A stretch of DNA of 63,959 nt, filler included, from Licmophora abbreviata (lineage: Eukaryota): NCBI GenBank assembly GCA_900291995.1. It is 15 parts of 15 records of this genome, joined end to end, with 100 filler letters (N's around TTAATTAATTAA, not from the genome) between each part and the next. Parts side by side here need not be neighbours in the genome. Positions count along the whole stretch, not along the records: positions 58,449 to 63,959 come from OLMU01001343.1; 14 more parts are not named here. One strand, written 5' to 3'. Shown piece by piece: positions 60,167 to 63,959 of the stretch. Every line of letters begins with the position of its first letter. Position 1 is the first letter of the stretch. The notes beneath the pieces are model-generated. The model was not told the origin of the DNA, searched no databases, and was given only the letters and a program-made list of their open reading frames with translations. A program made the position numbers and the translations under genes.

Positions 60167-61180
60167 TCATGGTGGAGTAGCGAGTGATGTCACCTCACTC
60201 ATCATCGCAATAACCGCAGTAAAACCCCTGGTTTGCAACCGATCGACAGCCTTGATAGGCATGCATTTCTCAATGCACTTGCCCGAAGTGCGGAACTTGT
60301 GCATTACTACCTGCTCCCGGGGCGACGGGCATCCGCTGGTTGATTCGGCATGGCAGAGAAAGCTAGAAGGAAGGGGCGTTATCGTGCTAATGCGCCCCTG
60401 CTGCAGTCCTTCCAAGTAGAGACAGTCTTGCCAGAGTTTGTTATCCTCTAGGAGTCCAGTAGCGGTAATGAACCGTTCCATAAAGTATCGCACTTCTGGT
60501 TCGATAGGAGTAGTAACATTCTGTCGAAAGCCGGCGCCGTGCAGATTTTTCCACTCTACAAGAAGAGGAGTCACGAGTGGTAGACTCTCCGTATCGGCGA
60601 TCCTATCCCAAGGATCGCCTTGTCCCCTGATCAATTTCAAGTTGGGGAAGAGATCGGGGAGGTGGGATCGTGCATGCGCTTGGCAATTGCCGCGACTCAC
60701 GTCCATAGCTTTGACTGCTGGATCGTTGTTCTCCTGAGGGACGCAGTCACAGGAGGATTCGCAGATGGAGAACAGGAAGTAGTCGAGCCTTCGGCGCCCG
60801 TTTTCTTGGTCAACGGGGTCACTGGAACGGTACATCTCCAATGCGGTCTTGCGCGCTTCGTCGCACGGGTTCAAGCGCACGTAGGCATCCAACCGTCTTT
60901 CGCATCTTCTTGCATTGTTGTCGAACGGCATGGTGACACGAAGGCAGTCGTCGTATCTCCCATCGTTCTGCATGACTCCGACGCCACCGCAGAAGCCACA
61001 GAAGTTACGTGGCAGTGTCACGACGGAGCAATCATCTGGCTGCCTCCTGTTGTCCCCTCCCACACAAGTCGACTTTCTTTTGGTGGGGTCCGCTTCGGTT
61101 TGATTCCCAGGCGGAGGCCGTGCGGCGGTGGCAGCCTGAAACACCAAAGAGAACAGAAACAAGTGGAGGAGGCTGATCAT
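60167..61180 (-). CDS. Secreted cysteine-rich hypothetical protein
   Basis: Signal peptide MISLLHLFLFSLVFQAATA and about 17 Cys, including FCGFC, ICESSCDCVP and RGNCQAH. Confidence 0.65.
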   Translation of the reverse strand: MISLLHLFLFSLVFQAATAARPPPGNQTEADPTKRKSTCVGGDNRRQPDDCSVVTLPRNFCGFCGGVGVMQNDGRYDDCLRVTMPFDNNARRCERRLDAYVRLNPCDEARKTALEMYRSSDPVDQENGRRRLDYFLFSICESSCDCVPQENNDPAVKAMDVSRGNCQAHARSHLPDLFPNLKLIRGQGDPWDRIADTESLPLVTPLLVEWKNLHGAGFRQNVTTPIEPEVRYFMERFITATGLLEDNKLWQDCLYLEGLQQGRISTITPLPSSFLCHAESTSGCPSPREQVVMHKFRTSGKCIEKCMPIKAVDRLQTRGFTAVIAMMSEVTSLATPP

Positions 61181-61979
61181 CGTGGTCTACAGTAACAATG
61201 TTGCGTTGAGCGGTGCGCAATGCGAAGTCCAAATCAAGGACCAAAGGAGAAGAAAGGCACGATCACTCTATCTGTGTTGGTGCAGAGAAGGCAAAAAGGA
61301 CGAGCAAGTGAAAATTGTTGCACCAGAACCTAATCCCCAGCGGTTGGCGTCCCGTTTTCTCGTAGAGTCAATAGCATAAAAATCAGTAAGAGCGCTATCA
61401 ACATTGCTGCGCCCCGCCATTTTTGTGGATTGATCAACTTCAGCACTAAATATATAAATAGATCTAATATTTCCAAGACCTTGTATAAGCTAATGAAAAA
61501 TTAAATAAAAAATTCTTATAGTTCCTCTTGTGTCATTTATTGATATTTACTCCAATGCGATTTCGAATTGAAAGTTCTCTATGCGTCAAGAATTGAAATA
61601 CATGTCCAAATTGAAAATATTTGAATGTGTTGATACATAAATATTCTTTGTAGTTCCAGTCGTCCGGCATCGCGCATGGAAGACAGACAGACCTTCCCTC
61701 ATCACGCGAAAACTTGAGTTCACAACGCAAAACGCTCATCACACGCACACACACCTCGCCACCTAAACACGCGATGCAAACACACATCTCACAACACTGC
61801 AATGAAATGAGAATGCGCCAGCGCGACACCCTGTTCTTGCATCCCTTGAGAGCAGAAGCCTTTCCGTCGAGTAGGTAGCTCGGAAAACCCTTCTTTTGTC
61901 TTCTCTAGCTATTGCTGTCTTTCTTGCGGCAGCAAAGGTCTCTGATATAGGGAGTCTCACGACTCTCAGTGCAACAAGC

Positions 61980-63265
61980 ATGAGGGTGTCCGTCACAAGC
62001 AAACATGAGCGAGTATGGTGGATGACCGCGTTCCGATGGAAGACTGCTATATTCTTGTCCATTGCTACCATATGGCTCCTGTTTCTTGGGCACGGCCCTT
62101 ACATGTTGTCGCCCGAGTTCGGCTCCCCTGGTGGAGTGAACACTGTCGAGATCATCGAAGAAGACAAAGTCTTGATGGTTACCTGGATTTTTGGAGAAAA
62201 GTTTGTCAACACTCGCCTTTTGCAGCTGTTTCTGGAATCTGGTAGAGGATCTGGAATCGACATTGCCATTGTCGGACATCCCGCCCCCAAGATCCCTTTG
62301 CCTCCCAATGTGCGACATATTCCAGTCACCTGGGACGACCTTACAGACCGAATCAAATTTCGAATTTTCAACGGGACGGAACCAGGTGATTTAAGACAGG
62401 CACAGTATCCTGACGAAAGTAAACAAGGGTTTACCAAAGGGCGCTTCTACAAAATCAGTAAGTCTATGGAGTGTGAGTGCATCATCGAAATTTGAGACGC
62501 TTTCAACTCTCACATAGAACACTTGCAGATGACATCAAGCCCTTGTTCGCATATCTCTTTCCTGAGCACGTCAAGGGCTACGACTGGTGGGGCCAAATCG
62601 ATAACGACATGATCCTAGGAAACTTACGAAACTTCCTGACACCCGACAGACTCGCAAATTCTGACGTTATCAGCACACCGATGGATGTTGGATACAAATT
62701 GACATCCGGCGCGTTCACACTGTACCGCAACACACGTCAGATTAACGAGCTGTTTCGCCTGGCAAAACGGCCCCTTGAGGATATCTTCGCGACAAATGAA
62801 CTCACCATGTTTGTCGAGTGGGGCGGTGGGCAGAATAAGAAAAAAGGTTCTGGTTTCGAATCTTCCATGAGCGGGATTATTGTCCAAAACCGCGAACGAC
62901 TCGGAATCCGATTTTCCGGCAATATTGGAACGATATGGGATGGTTTCTGCCTCGAAGACTACTCGCACTTGGGACGTGTATGCTCGCGTTGTCAACTCGC
63001 ACAGCTGCCGAATGGCAATCAAATGTTGACAAACTCCGACGATGATGAAGTTTCAATGTGTCACTATCAGTATTCGAAGAATCTCCTGGATAGGTATTTG
63101 GAGTCCGACGCCCTGATGAACGATCTGAGGCGAGAGAGGCAGTTTCGATACGACTATCGAGATGGCTTCTTTCATTTGAACGGGACGCGATTCAATAATC
63201 AAGCATCTCTGAAGGCGCCAAGAAACGTGAAAGAGTACAAAGCAATGAACAGTGCTACAACATAG
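61980..63265 (+). CDS. DUF6625-like (glycosyltransferase-fold) type II membrane protein; intron 62458..62528
   Basis: TM anchor, then DIKPLFAYLF...YDWWGQIDNDMILGNL (DxD) and SGAFTLYRN. Confidence 0.7.
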
Positions 63266-63350
63266 TAACATCGGTTTACTTTCGGTCTCTATTTATTCTT
63301 CTCTCGTCATCCTTGCCGGTACGTCTGATACGATCGACTGTGCTTCGCAA

Positions 63351-63959
63351 CTACGGCCCGTCACGCGCAGGTGAAATTTCAAAAACAAAGACTTCCTTGT
63401 CTTCTTCCCATTCGTAGACGACGGGGTGCCATGCAATACAGTCCACTGTCCAATTTCGGGTTTGCACCTCCTCCAATACCCGGTCGACACTCGTAAACAA
63501 GACGCTAGAGTCTCCGTCTACTGGATCTCGCCGCTGAAAGCTCATGAGCAATTTCGCTCCAGGAGAGGCCTCAAAGATAGCTGTCACCGTTGAGAGAAGA
63601 GCATTGAACATGGAGACGAGCCAGACGCAGTCGCTAGCGATGATCAGGTCCATATGTTGGTACATGCCAAAGGGGAGCTGTTTCTCAATTGGGATTGTCC
63701 AATTCAGGGACTTCGCACCAACCCAACCTTTGCCAATCCTCACGGCATCTACAGGGGTAAGCCATTCGGGAGGCTCTCCATTTTCTTCCGCCTGGTTTAT
63801 TCGGTTTTCATTCCTGGCAAGGTTAGGTAGTATTGAATCGGTGACTAGTGTCGGCAAGTCCGTCAGAAGGACATGAGCGCCAGCACTCGCCAGACATGAC
63901 CCGACGACGCCTACACCTGCGCCAAGCTCCAGTACACGAGGTGTATCTTGTACCATTCT
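63351..63959 (-). CDS. METTL21/FAM86-family protein-lysine methyltransferase (5' partial)
   Basis: VLELGAGVGVVG, LTDL, LNW and DLIIASDCVW. Confidence 0.85.
   Translation of the reverse strand, partial: RMVQDTPRVLELGAGVGVVGSCLASAGAHVLLTDLPTLVTDSILPNLARNENRINQAEENGEPPEWLTPVDAVRIGKGWVGAKSLNWTIPIEKQLPFGMYQHMDLIIASDCVWLVSMFNALLSTVTAIFEASPGAKLLMSFQRRDPVDGDSSVLFTSVDRVLEEVQTRNWTVDCIAWHPVVYEWEEDKEVFVFEISPARDGP

Overview
Gene-dense eukaryotic scaffold, most likely from a pennate diatom. The evidence is short GT-AG introns, bipartite signal-plus-Phe plastid presequences, a frustulin-type Cys domain and a LOV protein. Contigs are joined by artificial N-TTAATTAATTAA-N linkers, and several of these gaps are zero-length or overlapping. 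The window starts with a 1.86 kb PIF/Harbinger-type transposon with both TIRs. It then carries about 30 genes, including housekeeping Nup85, Nup54, RPL4, PP2A-C, uS9m, COQ3, NIT1, OSCA/TMEM63 and several methyltransferases. The most unusual content is: (1) a ~19 kb co-oriented array (27.3-46.2 kb) of five modular malectin-domain genes, apparently secreted, three ending in PKD-IPT-GSDH-like propeller-IPT and one ending in a frustulin Cys domain plus a PhoX-fold domain with most metal ligands substituted; (2) a helicase-less Dicer-like protein with an apparently dead RNase IIIb and hydrophobic segments before PAZ; (3) a 999-aa divergent lipoxygenase with three N-terminal hydrophobic helices; (4) a bacterial-type formate dehydrogenase with an intron and a presequence; (5) a stand-alone LOV protein. 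All family calls come from recognising motifs by eye; no searches were run.
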